From Paraphysomonas bandaiensis (Eukaryota > Protista > Chrysophyceae), in NCBI GenBank assembly GCA_965644295.1, contig CBFFRP010000445.1:1-64000 (forward strand): a stretch of 64,000 bases of DNA, in the 5' to 3' direction. The position numbers were made by a program, and so were the translations under genes. This document shows, piece by piece, positions 50,622 through 63,562 of this stretch; position 1 is the stretch's first letter; every line of letters starts with the position of its first letter. The notes under the pieces were generated by a model. That model saw only the letters and a list, made by a program, of their open reading frames with translations. It was not told the DNA's origin and did not search any database.

Positions 50622-51336
50622 CTATATCTTCTCGTTACTGGCGCCTATAATGACCACGAGAGCCAAAGCATTAGCAAATACATGCACACAAAAGAGGTGT
50701 ACTGCCACTACGCGTTTGTAAACCATATCTCTTTCCGGAGTGAATGGCTCCGTTGGATTAAGAGAGAGGCAAGAGCAGGAAGAACCAGTTTCGTTAGTCT
50801 CTCTTATGCATAGTTCTGGGTCAGTCACCACGTCAGCATTAGAGGCGCTACTATTAATCTCTTTCATTTTGTTTTCATATTCATTCGTCGATTCATTGCT
50901 CTTGTGTGCAGAGGGCATATAAGGCTTGCGTTTAGTCTGATAATAATACATCGTCTAGAACAAGATTATCAATATGACAACATATATATCAAACTATACT
51001 TACTTCATTTGTAATAAATATAACACCTATTATCCCAAGACCACCAAACCATATATATATATATATAGTTTCTAAACTACTTGCAACATAACTACCATAT
51101 ACAATAGCAGTAAACACTGCAATATAATCCATATATCTAGCAATACGAGTAAAACGTGGTTTATACCAATGCCATACAGATGTTCCATATACAAGAATTA
51201 ATACAATGAATAGACCATAACGTTTATATATCAGTCCAATAATTGCAGATATTAATAATAAATGAGAGCTAATGACTAATGGTCGTGCAAGATGATCTGG
51301 TATAATGACATCATCATTATCATGTTGTTGATACAT
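50622..51336 (-). CDS. Hypothetical multi-pass membrane protein
   Basis: Exons 51336-51004 and 50954-50622 in frame; about 5 hydrophobic segments; TSVWHWYKP...RYMDY. Confidence 0.7.
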
Positions 51337-52660
51337 GATAATATATGTAGTTATTCTATATAGATGAGTATGAGATGTGTATGTATGTATGTAGAGTTCG
51401 TGATGTTTAATAGAGTGAGAGTCCAGTCATGTACATGTATGTACAGTTCATATGAGATTGTGGGGTTCTAGATTTGTATTACTCTGTATAATATGGTTTT
51501 AGGGAATGAGAAAAGTGAAAAATAAGGGGATTCTAGAGAAGAGAGTGCGAAAATATAAGGTTTTGCGGGTATTTATGTATATTCGTAGGTGTGCAGGTAC
51601 AATATGTGGGAAATGATATAAAGTGGAGGGTCGGCGGCCACACCCCGAGAGGAGCGGTCACCAAAGTTTTTTGGAGACTCCATACCAAATGGTGTCATCC
51701 GGGGTGAGATATTCAGAGTTGAATTTATTGTACTCAACTGGTAGATTGTAGCTATTTATATACTGTTCAATATACCCAAAGTAAAACGTGGTTTATACCA
51801 ATGCCATACAGATGTTCCATATACAAGAATTAATACAATGAATAGACCATAACGTTTATATATCAGTCCAATAATTGCAGATATTAATAATAAATGAGAG
51901 CTAATGACTAATGGTCGTGCAAGATGATCTGGTATAATGACATCATCATTATCATGTTGTTGATACATGATAATATATGTAGTTATTCTATATAGATGAG
52001 TATGAGATGTGTATGTATGTATGTAGAGTTCGTGATGTTTAATAGAGTGAGAGTCCAGTCATGTACATGTATGTACAGTTCATATGAGATTGTGGGGTTC
52101 TAGATTTGTATTACTCTGTATAATATGGTTTTAGGGAATGAGAAAAGTGAAAAATAAGGGGATTCTAGAGAAGAGAGTGCGAAAATATAAGGTTTTGCGG
52201 GTATTTATGTATATTCGTAGGTGTGCAGGTACAATATGTGGGAAATGATATAAAGTGGAGGGTCGGCGGCCACACCCCGAGAGGAGCGGTCACCAAAGTT
52301 TTTTGGAGACTCCATACCAAATGGTGTCATCCGGGGTGAGATATTCAGAGTTGAATTTATTGTACTCAACTGGTAGATTGTAGCTATTTATATACTGTTC
52401 AATATACCCAAAATATAAAAAATATGTACTGTATGCATTTATGTATATCCGTAGGTGTGTAGGTACAATACGTGGGAAATGATATAAAGTGGAGGGTCGG
52501 CGGCCACACCCCGAGAGGAGCGGTCACCTAAGTTTTTTGGAGACTCCGTACCAAATGGTGTCATCCGGGGTGAGATATTCAGAGTTGAATTTATTGTACT
52601 CATCTGGTAGATTGTAGCTACTTATATACTGTTTAACATACCCAAAATATAAAAAATATG
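51149..52660. repeat. 632-bp tandem duplication of the membrane gene 5' end and promoter, plus a third partial copy
   Basis: 51149-51780 repeats at 51781-52412; about 52440-52660 repeats the distal part; produces truncated ORF 51756-51968. Confidence 0.93.
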
Positions 52661-52671
52661 TATGTATGTAC

Positions 52672-52702
<31 letters not shown>

Positions 52703-52832
52703 TGTATGTATGTATGTATGTATGTATGTATGTATGTATGTATGTATGTATGTATGTATGTATGTATGTATGTATGTATGTATGTATGTATGTATGTATG
52801 TATGTATGTATGTATGTATGTATGTATGTATG

Positions 52833-52860
<28 letters not shown>
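52657..52860. repeat. (TATG)n microsatellite
   Basis: Tetranucleotide run. Confidence 0.97.
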
Positions 52861-52863
<3 letters not shown>

Positions 52864-52983
52864 TTCAAATGTTCGTACAGTAGTATGGTGTGGTGTGGTA
52901 TGTGTATGTGTGTATCTGTTGGGATGGTTGTATGTATCAGTCATATTCATCCTCCTCTTCAGATACATTAATACCATAACATA

Positions 52984-55900
52984 ATGAAGAAGCGTCGTGC
53001 AGTAGATATCCTACGGTCTCATATAGATGAGTCCTCTGCTAACAGTTTGCCTGTTAAGTCCACTTATATGGAGATCGCATTACAGCATGAGTGTCCTGCA
53101 TATACGAATGATGTAAGAGATAATACACACCCCTCTATACATACACACCCCTCTATACATACACACCCCTCTATACATACACCCCTCTATATGCATATCC
53201 CTCACTGTACATACACACCCCTCTATACATACACACCCCTCTATACATACACACCCCTCTATACATACACCCCTCTATATGCATATCCCTCACTGTACAT
53301 ACACACCCCTCTATACATACACACCCCTCTATATGCAATGCATACACACCCCTCCATATGCATACACACCCCTCTATACATACACACCCCTCTATATGCA
53401 TATCCCTCACTGTACATACACACCCCTCTATACATACACACCCCTCTATATGCAATGCATACACACCCCTCTATATGCAATGCATACACACCCCTCTATA
53501 CATACACACCCCTCTATATGCATATCCCTCACTGTACATACACACCCCTATACATACACACCCCTCTATATGCAATGCATACACACCCCTCTATACATAC
53601 ACACCCCTCTATATGCAATGCATACACACCCCTCTGTACATACACACCCCTCTAGACATACACACCCCTCTAGACATACACACCCCTCTATATATACAGA
53701 CCCCTCTGTACATACACACCCCTCTATACATACACACCCCTCTATATGCATACACACCCCTCTATATGCATACACACCCCTCTGTACATACACACCCCTC
53801 TGTACATACACACCCCTCTAGACATACACACCCCTCTATATGCATACACACCCCTCTATACATACACACCCCTCTATACATACACACCCCTCTGTACATA
53901 CACACCCCTCTAGACATACACACCCCTCTATATGCATACACACCCCTCTATACATACACACCCCTCTATACATACACACCCCTCTGTACATACACACCCC
54001 TCTAGACATACACACCCCTCTATACATACACCCCTCTATATGCATATCCCTCACTGTACATACACAACCCTCTATATGCATACACACCCCTCTTTATGCA
54101 TATCACTGTACATATACACCCCTCTATATGCATATCCCTCACTGTACATACACACCCCTCTATACACACACCCCTCTATACATACACACCCCTCTATATG
54201 CATACACACCCCTCTATACATACACACCCCTCTATATGCATACACACCCCTCTGTACATACACACCCCTCTAGACATACACACCCCTCTTTATGCATATC
54301 CCTGTACATATACACCCCTCTATATGCATATCACTGTACATATACACCCCTCTATATGCATATCCCTCACTGTACATACACACCCCTCTATACATACACA
54401 CCCCTCTATATGCATACACACCCCTCTATACATACACACCCCTCTATGTACATACACACCCCTCTATACATACACACCCCTCTTTATGCATATGACTGTA
54501 CATATACACCCCTCTATATGCATATCACTGTACATACACACCCCTCTATGTGCATATTACTATATACATAAGTTGCTATACACAGGAGTACATATACATA
54601 TTACTACATACACTTTACTGTACATACACCTTACTATTTTTATGTCAAAGAAGTATATGTATATATCATTACGTATACAGTGATACATGAAACTAATTTA
54701 TGATTTAGCTACAGGAAAAATTACGAAACTCAATTGATGATTTGAAGTTTAATAAACGACTCGATACTGTTTTCTATAAGAAAGAAAACATTCCTAATTA
54801 TGAGGTATCACTTAGCATTGTGTGAATAGTTTATAAGGTTTTATTATAGGAAGTTGGAGCTCTTACCACTCATATGGGGGATAGGCCATCAGCTAATTAT
54901 CAGGTTTGTTATTGTATTGTTAGTAAACTGTTCTCACATATGCTGTTAGGACTTTATGAAGATTGCTGATGCCATGCCTTCATCTGTCAAGTCTCGTTTC
55001 TTTACCGCCTCTCTATTCGATGCGGTGAGTACAATTTTAATTTGAATTCTTCTTCGGCATGTTACTTCTATTTTCTTCACAGTTGCCTAGGGACAGTGAT
55101 ACAGCTGTCGACTCCGAGGAATTTCTTAAGTAAGTAGCTTCCTAGTATTGCACTTTTTTTGTCGAATACTGATACATGGATTGTATGTTTCTCACGTTAC
55201 TGTCGACGAGCGCAGTGGTATGCGTTACAAAGATGTGTCTTGTATAGCGTGTGATGTTGTGGTGATAAGAGTGTTGTCAGATTTGTACAGCGGAGTGTTG
55301 ATGTGGAGACGGTATATGTTGAGCTGGCCTCATACGCTGCCACATTCCTTGAGTCCGTTCCGGTTCCGTCAGCTTCTTTCAGATCATCGTCAGGTTCTGT
55401 GCTGGCTTTCTCTGAGAGCGGGCAACAAGGTGCATGTGAGCCCTATATCACTGAACCTGAGCTCGAAAGATTTGTATTCGACTCCGTTAACCACGTGCCT
55501 CTTCTGGTCGAAGCGGATATGCACGAATCATTTTTGCCTTTCTACGTCTTCACAGCTGTTAGAAAGCTTTTGTTTTTCTTGGATCCACAGAGAACGAGGA
55601 GGGTCAGCATACGGAAATTAGCACATAGTCAGGTCTATATGTAACACACAGCTAGTGCTAACACTACTACTATGTTGTATGGACTACAGAATATAAAATA
55701 TGCGACGTATGTGGTTTAAACAGCAGTTCTATCTTTCACAGGAGATGGATGAATTCCTTTGGCTCCAACGGCTAGACCAGTACAGAGATACATATGACCC
55801 CGCATCTTTTTCCCAGGAAGTAGCCGGCAATTGGTTCTCCGCTCAGAATGCCATTCGCCTCTATGACATGTATGTGGCATTGGACAAGGATGGCAATGGA

Positions 55901-56790
55901 ATGCTCAGCCAGGTAGAACTGCTGTCGGTCGTAATGGATATACTTTGTTACGGTTTTAAAACAGGATGAGTTGTTGAACTTTCAAGGAGACAACTCTCGA
56001 AGGTGCTCTGTACAGTTGACACCACTGGTCATATCCCGTATATTTCAAGAGAATATCACTTACGAGGTAAAGTAGTGTTATGCCGAGTGTATCACTGTTT
56101 TGAATCTGAATGAGTAAATTATATATGCTGAGTGAGTCAATCACCAGTCCCCTCTTAATGTGGTACTGGTGCAGCCTGCTGAAATGGACTTCAAGACTTT
56201 CTTGGATTTGGTCCTAGTGGTGGAGAACAGGGACCACTTGGAATCTCTACGGGTACGTTGTGTATATATTGTATGTGTACTTTCTTGCTACATGTCGGTG
56301 CTTAGTCATTTGTATTCACAGTATCTTTGGAGAGTGGTGGATGTAAACAAAGATGGTATCCTTTCACCCAGCACGGTGGAAATCTTTTATCGCGATATTA
56401 GAGCGGTTAGTGTCCAATCTTGTTTTCTACCTATATTTTTCGGGTAATTAGTGATTTCCGATGCTTCAGATGTTGTTGAAGGCGGGTTATGACAGTGCTC
56501 CTTTACTTAGAGATGTGGGAGATGAAGTAATGGACATGCTGGGTATCGCTCCTCTTCCCGACTGCGGAGCTTCATTCAAACAGCTCACAGAGTCTGGCCA
56601 GGCCAGCACAGTGTTATCAATGCTAGTGGATGTGCATAAGTTCTTTGCATACGATAATAGAGAGAACCCGCCTGTGGAGGATGAGGAAGACGGGGGAGTG
56701 GTTGATGCCCCTGCTGAAGGAACGGATAAGCCGAAGATAAACATACCGTCATCAGACTCGGAGGATGACGATCCATATGACTTCTACTGA
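52984..56790 (+). CDS. PPP2R3C: Protein phosphatase 2A regulatory subunit B'' gamma-like (EF-hand)
   Basis: FLPFYVFTAVRKLLFFLDP, NWFSAQNAIRLYDMYVALDKDGNGMLS, EMDFKTFLDLVLVVEN, FFAYDNRE; exon 1 52984-53112, intron 1 about 53113-54708. Confidence 0.85.
53122..54550. repeat. ~18-bp minisatellite (tacatacacacccctcta) in PP2A B'' intron 1
   Basis: Dozens of degenerate copies. Confidence 0.95.
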
Positions 56791-57451
56791 GTTACTTTAC
56801 ATCCATATTCTACTGAGTAGATGTATATATAGTTTATGTTGCATTGTGTTGCTGTGTAGTGACGTTGTTGTCGCGGCAAGTAGCTGTCAGTTGATCATTA
56901 TGCGTATATGTAATCCATAACGAGTACTGTATGATTTTGCCGTAACTGAATAATACAGTAGTAGAAAACAATATTATATATATAACCTTAATGAAATGAT
57001 ATGAAATAGGTTTGTGAAACGAAATATACTGACTGCATAAGTTCTTGATAAATGAGCTCGTAAAATATTGGTTAGTAGTGGTGGCAACGTAGCAACATCA
57101 ATATTATGGATTATGGACGACAATAACTATTTTAAAAAAATGTTATCAATTGAGTAATGTGTAAATTAAGCATTAAGCGGAGTTCAGGTTATTATTTCAA
57201 TGTTTAATGGGATCGACTAATATAGATATATTCACAACTCAAAAACTAATCAGCTATTCAGATCGGGAATGTTAGAATTCGACATTACAATATTACAATG
57301 ACGACAACCTTGCTCTAAATTTAATCTTGCTTTGTCGCATACAATGTACTTTCAACTTTCAAGTAAGATTTATAATTAATAATCTCAACTCTTCACAACA
57401 TATTTATGTAACACCTGGTGAACATCTGTTCTCAGAAGCATTTGTTTATCC

Positions 57452-58267
57452 CAGGCTTGCGAACAAACTGAGCACCTCCATATACCGATCATCTAGATAC
57501 ATAGCATAATATAATGTGATAGAATATTCAACTGCTCTGAAATATTCAAGTGTAGTAGTGTAAATGACGTTATAAGTGTATCCGTTAGGTAACAGTATCA
57601 GAGGAAGAGAATACCTTATTAATACAGAGGATCTGTGGTGTGTATGTACAACAGTAACGGACTAGAATGATTTGGATAGCCATACTTATCATTCTTATTT
57701 ATTCAACAGGATGGCATCGAATGAACAAATTTGATGATTTAATTTGTCAGTACCCTGGGATGAACTTTTATCTGGGTGCAGACTCGGAAATCGTTCAAAA
57801 TGCAGATTCGGGAGAGTATTAGTCAAATTTCAGCGCGGTAGGGAATAATAACTGATAAATGATGTACCTGCACGAAGGTGAACTTGATGAAGAGAAAGAT
57901 AAGAAGGAGGAAGACGAAGAAGCCATTCGTTTACTTATATACAACCGAAAGCGCCAAATGGCACGCATCAAACTACCAACACGATATCGTTGCATGAAGT
58001 AATTGTATAGCACTACCAATGTTTGTGAGAGGTTGAGCAGAGCTAAGATTGTTACAACTACATTTTTGCAAGCGAATGACACCTAGACACTTGAAAGGTT
58101 GATGTTTCTGCGTGAAAATATTGATGTTTCTTTGGGATGAGATTATAGTTCATAAAGTTAATCTAAAATCTATCAATAGAATTAAAGGCAATTAATTGGA
58201 GGCTTGATTAATAATTGCAATTATTATTGTTGGACACCTGTCACCAATTAATTGTTTCGCAAGCCTG
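57452..58267 (+). mobile_element. Old hAT element of a different family, with decayed transposase 3' end
   Basis: TIR caggcttgcgaa / ttcgcaagcctg; degenerate TSD gtttatcc/gtcaatcc; broken frame TTNVCERL-SRAK...KRMTPRHLE-LMFLREN. Confidence 0.72.
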
Positions 58268-58626
58268 GTCAATCCTATAGCATATATAGTAACACACCAG
58301 CTGAATTTACTTCCTTTGTAACTTTATTAACCCGTTGCACTTCTGAGTTGATTTCACCAATTTTACACTATTAACTCACGCACTTCAATTACACAATATA
58401 CATCGCCTCATACTGTAGAGCTCAACACCTCTAAGCAAGCAATTCATGCACTACTTAACAGTCACATCCAAATTAATTTTATATTATTCATTAACAAACT
58501 AATGCAATAATAACAATATACACATGAGCCCGTACACAACTACCGCACGCTTATATTCATCGACCGCATTTCTCATGGAAGCGTATGAAGACGCATCAAT
58601 ACCAACTCTTACGTACACAAAAATAA

Positions 58627-59404
58627 TCACTTCTTCGTTCCTCCAGTGGAAAGAAATCTGTGGAAGGCACTATATGCTCCTTCTAAGTCGAATATTAGTT
58701 GTCTTGCTTCCTCGTCATCTATCGTGTCTGATGCTCGCAATTCATTCAGTTTCTGAAGCCATAGACGGAGTTTGACTAGACCCTCAAAATCACTAGCCAG
58801 GCCCTGCACCCTCGTCAAGGATGACATCAAGTCAGATATAAGAGGTTGCACTTCGTCCACAGCACGTTGATCTAGCTTTAATGCATCCATTGTTGTTATG
58901 AAATACTGCACAGTTTCAGCCACTACGACATTTTCGCCTCTGTCATCATGAGAGACATGCATTACAGTGGCAGGTACACCAGCTCTAAGCAGACGATCAT
59001 ATGCACGAGGACAATCCACATCAAACTCTCGCATAAATACTTCCGCACTAGTAATCATTCCACCTGTAATAAGAGCTGACTCCGTACTTTTAAACTGTTG
59101 TATTAAACGAGTACATGATTCCGCATATGCAGTAGCAGATACAGCATCTCTGCTATATGCCGCCTCAAGAGATTCAGTCGCTTTAATGATCTGTGTCATA
59201 TATGAGCTCATAGGATCATATCATACACTAGATACACAGTACCGTATAGAGATCACACAATTCTTCATGCCTGCGCCGTTCACTCGAATCATTAAATAAC
59301 TTCACTTCACTCATACGAGGACGAGTGAGAGATCCAGTTGATAGAGAAACTGATCGTGTGGGATAGTTGATTGCGGTCTCATATGAGGGAGGAGCTTCTG
59401 ACAT
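58627..59404 (-). CDS. VPS28: ESCRT-I subunit VPS28
   Basis: Exons 59404-59243 and 59190-58627; EVKLF...ELCDLYTIIKATESLEAAYSRD, CPRAYDRL, VAETVQYFITTMDALKL, RQLIFDLEGAYSAF. Confidence 0.95.
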
Positions 59405-59990
59405 GTTGATGTTTGGTGTCTGATTGTGATTATGAGACTCATCTGCCTCATAACACACACATGCCAGAGCAGAAGACCCAACACACTTACAGCACATAGA
59501 TATAGAAAAACAAGGAAAATATGGTACATAAAACCCGTTTTTCTAACCATAGAGTCAAATATCCCCACTTTATGACCTAAAAACATGTGTTTTTGAATTT
59601 TTGGTTTTGTCTACGTAACAACATACATATACACACTGCTTGCACAAGTAGGAATTCCTAACAGTTTCAGAAAAACTCCAACAATAAAGTTTTTATAGTA
59701 AAAAGCATGGATTTTTATTAAAAAAAGGCTACTTTTGTGCTTAAAACCTACATATATCATGATTTTTCCCTGTCGTGGCCCTCATCGTGAGTATGTTTTT
59801 TCTTGAAACTGAAAATTCTCGATATCCATTAAAGATTTTCCCAAACTAAAGAAAACATTTCTTTCCAATATTCCGGAAATATCCAGCACATGTGCCATTA
59901 TCATCTTGCCATCTTCCGAGTGCATATATCACTTATATCACATTCATCACTCATATCACTCATAACATACTTAAGTAATAATATCCAAGC

Positions 59991-61050
59991 ATGAACCAGT
60001 TGACACTTGTACAGAAAAAAGAACGAGCATATCTGAGTGATGCCTGCACTCTTGAGGTGCTCATGGCGTCCCCCAATCTAGCTAAAATTGAGAGTGGAAT
60101 GAGAGAGACCTCAATTAAGCTTGCCATAGCTAATACCACATCGAATCCGAACAAGGATAAAATTGAATACAAAGCTCTGGCAAAGATTCTAGCCGAGATA
60201 AGCGGCAATGGAAATGATAACGACTCAATTGCAAATATAGAGCAAGTCATTTTGAAGGTTTGCAAAAAGTTCTTATGTATACTAACTAATAAAAAACTAC
60301 CTGTACGTACTCCAGGTTCTACACGAAAATTCGAACTATAGATCATTCGAGCCAAATGGAGGGAAAATCCGATTCAAGCGTAATGTTTACAGTGTAGCAA
60401 AGAAGTACAAAGTCTACGTGCCATTGGAAAAATTGCATACATGTCTTGTAGCAATGGGAAATATTCACCCGGATCCAAGAATAAAAGCGTATATTGAATG
60501 TCATCATGAACTGGCAGTTCATTATCGTGACATAGTTCGTAGTATTAGTGCGTTTGACGAAGATCGTCGACAGAAACAGACTCTACTGTTCGAAACAAGG
60601 TCGAATAGGCAGAGTACTATCCGTGATAATGAACTATCTGTTCAAGCTGGAGTAGGTGCAAATTCGGATAAATACCTTTTGAGTAAGGTCGCCCCCGGGC
60701 CTGGAAGCCAGAAGTCGAAGATTGCATTAGCTCGCAACAACGGTAAACCAGTGAGAGGATCGGCAATGTCCAACTTAAATCCGACTGAAGCAGGCTTAGT
60801 TGCTGGAATTCTAGCACGTACGACAGCAAATATTAAAGCCCACTCTGAGGAATTGGAAACTCTGCCTTTGTCCCAAAGAAAGAGGCGTTTCTATGAAATA
60901 TCCAAAGAAACAATAGATGGGTTCGGGTGTTTAACTTATGCTGGATTGAGTGCAGAGGAAAATCTGAAGAGGGTATATGACCCAGTTACGGCCGCCACTC
61001 TTACTTATTTTGAACCATCTATGGATTTACTTGAAGCAGAGTATGCTTGA
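59991..61050 (+). CDS. Hypothetical protein (~333 aa, two exons)
   Basis: Intron 60258-60315 (GT...tactaac...CAG) joins the two track ORFs in frame. Confidence 0.6.
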
Positions 61051-61379
61051 AGCAAGACATAATATTCGCTCACTTCATTCTGAGAGAGAGTTGGATGAAT
61101 GTGCAGCCATTACAGGAGTATAATACTGAGCAGTATTGCTTGGCTCCTATTTTCGCTATACTTCTATTTTTGAAATATGATATACAAGTTATTACTACTA
61201 CTATTTTATAGTTTTAAGATTTTAGGGGTTGGAATTTTACAAATTAAAACAAAAATTTAAGTTTAAAACATGTCCTTGAATACAAACGTGCTCTTCATAC
61301 GTGTGCCTTGCTTCTACTTTCAATCCATCATTTCTCACTATTCTTCAAAATAAATAAGCAACGATTGTCTAACTCGATC

Positions 61380-61883
61380 GTACTTGTGTCATTCCACAAT
61401 ACCGATGCCAGTTTTTTTGGCTAGTAAACTTGATACTTATCTAAACTACATGATACGTTATTGCTACGTTTGAAATTAAGTGTTGCAACGGAATGTCGAA
61501 ATTTTACTTTACTAAGAATAGATTCAGTATCTTGAGCCACGCGTTCAATAGTTTCCGTCAGCTGTGGCCTCACGCCATTTCCTGTTCGTGCACCAGTACG
61601 ATCGGCCTGATAATGCACATTCTATTCGATTGTTTTGTTGTTGTATTTCTCAGCGATCTACAAGTAATATAATGACTGTTCTATAACCGAAAAAACAACA
61701 CATAATCCCTCATCTAAACAAACTTTTGTCAGGGGGGTTTCATGGGACCATACTTATTGATTTCACTAATTGCTCCGCATAGTTCCAGAGTTCAGTTAAT
61801 TCACGAACCATATCATCCGCGAGTACTTCATAAGTAGTTTCGTAAAGAAAAGTATAATTATCTCCCTTTTACACTTAAAACAT
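61380..61883 (-). pseudogene. Degraded CFAP298 (C21orf59/FBB18)-like fragment
   Basis: GDNYTFLYETTYEVLADDMVRELTELWN, KYGPMKPP, HYQADRTGARTGNGVRPQLTETIERVAQDTESILSK; stops and frameshifts. Confidence 0.55.
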
Positions 61884-62382
61884 GATGATATTTATTTAGT
61901 TTATATATGCATCTTCAGCTGTGCGTCTTGAGTCCCCCTTTAGCTATATATATATATGTATATGTACCACTATATATGCATAAGGTCATTTTCTGTTACA
62001 ATACCCCTAAAATCTCAACCATCCCCTCCACCAAAACTGTAAAAATCCAATTTCAGTTCCGTGATAAGGATTTTCGGGTAAGGATTTTTGATGCCTATAT
62101 AAGACTCCACACATAACATATGCACATCACATCATCATGACTTAAAACGTATTGGTATTCAAGATGTTTCATTATTCTGATACAGAGAGCTTAGTAGATG
62201 CATGATTGTGACTCGGAGATCGAATCTATACAACCCCAACAAGAGAATGAAAAAGATCTGTGCCTCCGATCTCGAAGATACCCTCCTGGGGCCTTATGCT
62301 GGGAAGAGAACGTTGACTAAGCCAATTTACATCCAGATACTCTAGAAGTGGAAATTAAATTATGCTGTATATGTATGTATAA

Positions 62383-62769
62383 GGGCCCGTTCGGTTCATC
62401 CAATGGATTTTTGTGCTGGATTTGCATTCGCTGGATTTTTGAGAAATTCCACTGGTTGAAAATGCACTGTATTTGGGTAATCCAGCAAATGGGCATAGCA
62501 CTTACTACCGAACGATTGCCACATCCGGTATACGTGTATTTAACGCATATACTGTATGTATAATCGTGATTCAAAAATCCAGCACTTCTCAAAAATCCAG
62601 TGAATCGTCTTTCGACTCAAAACACGAAACTAATTTCGCTGGATTTTTTCCAGCAAATGAGCATATTTTGCTTTTTTGCGTTCGGTAAGATTTTCCAAAT
62701 TCCAGTGGATGGACGAAATCCAGCGAATTTGAGCAAATCCAGCACTTTTTTGGTCTACCGAACGCACCC
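62383..62769. mobile_element. PIF/Harbinger (Tourist-like) MITE
   Basis: TIR gggcccgttcggt / accgaacgcaccc; 3-bp TSD TAA; subterminal gctggattt/aaatccagc repeats. Confidence 0.8.
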
Positions 62770-63255
62770 TAAATCTATATGTACATGTATATGTACTGCT
62801 GTATATGTATAAATCTATATGTACATGTATATGTACTGCTGTATATGTATAAATCTATATGTACATGTATATGTACTGCTGTATATGTATGTATAAATCT
62901 ATATGTACATGTATATGTACTGCTGTATATGTATGTATAAATCTATATGTACATGTATATGTACTGCTGTATATGTATAAATGGATATGTACATGTGTAT
63001 GTACTGCTGTATATGTATAAATCTATATGTACATGTGTATGTACTGCTGTATATGTATAAATGGATATGTACATGTGTATGTACTGCTGTATATGTATAA
63101 ATGGATATGTACATGTGTATGTACTGCTGTATATGTATAAATCTATATGTACATGTGTATGTACTGCTGTATATGTACATGTGTATGTACTGCTGTATAT
63201 GTATAAATCTATATCTACATGTATATGTACTGCTGTATATGTACATGTATATGTA
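62770..63255. repeat. ~40-bp minisatellite (aatctatatgtacatgtatatgtactgctgtatatgtata)
   Basis: About 12 copies. Confidence 0.95.
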
Positions 63256-63562
63256 TTATTAGAACAAAAAGACAGATCACACACTCTGGACTGCAGAGTA
63301 CACACATATCTAAAAAAAATACAATCCTTTAAATAACCCTGTTTTGAGTTCACGGTCACCTCTAAATATTGTGGGTTTCTAGCAGAGAATACTAGTATGC
63401 CAAGATATTGGATATTTTTGCAGAAGTAATGGCGGAAAGACAGAGAGGACATGTGCCACCCACGCAGATAGATAAACCACAAGAGGACCAGAAGAACATC
63501 ATCTCTCAGGAGGTTAAAACCCAGTCGAACTAACACACAGCCTTATCTGTGCTGACGTTTGT

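Noticed and set aside
50622-51336. CREST-superfamily hydrolase assignment for the membrane protein
   Set aside because: Ser/His/Asp residues are present, but spacing does not match the SxxxH and HxxxH motifs well enough without an HMM search
53122-54550. CRISPR-like array (also 37433-37795, 62770-63255)
   Set aside because: No unique spacers and no cas genes; eukaryotic intronic or intergenic minisatellites
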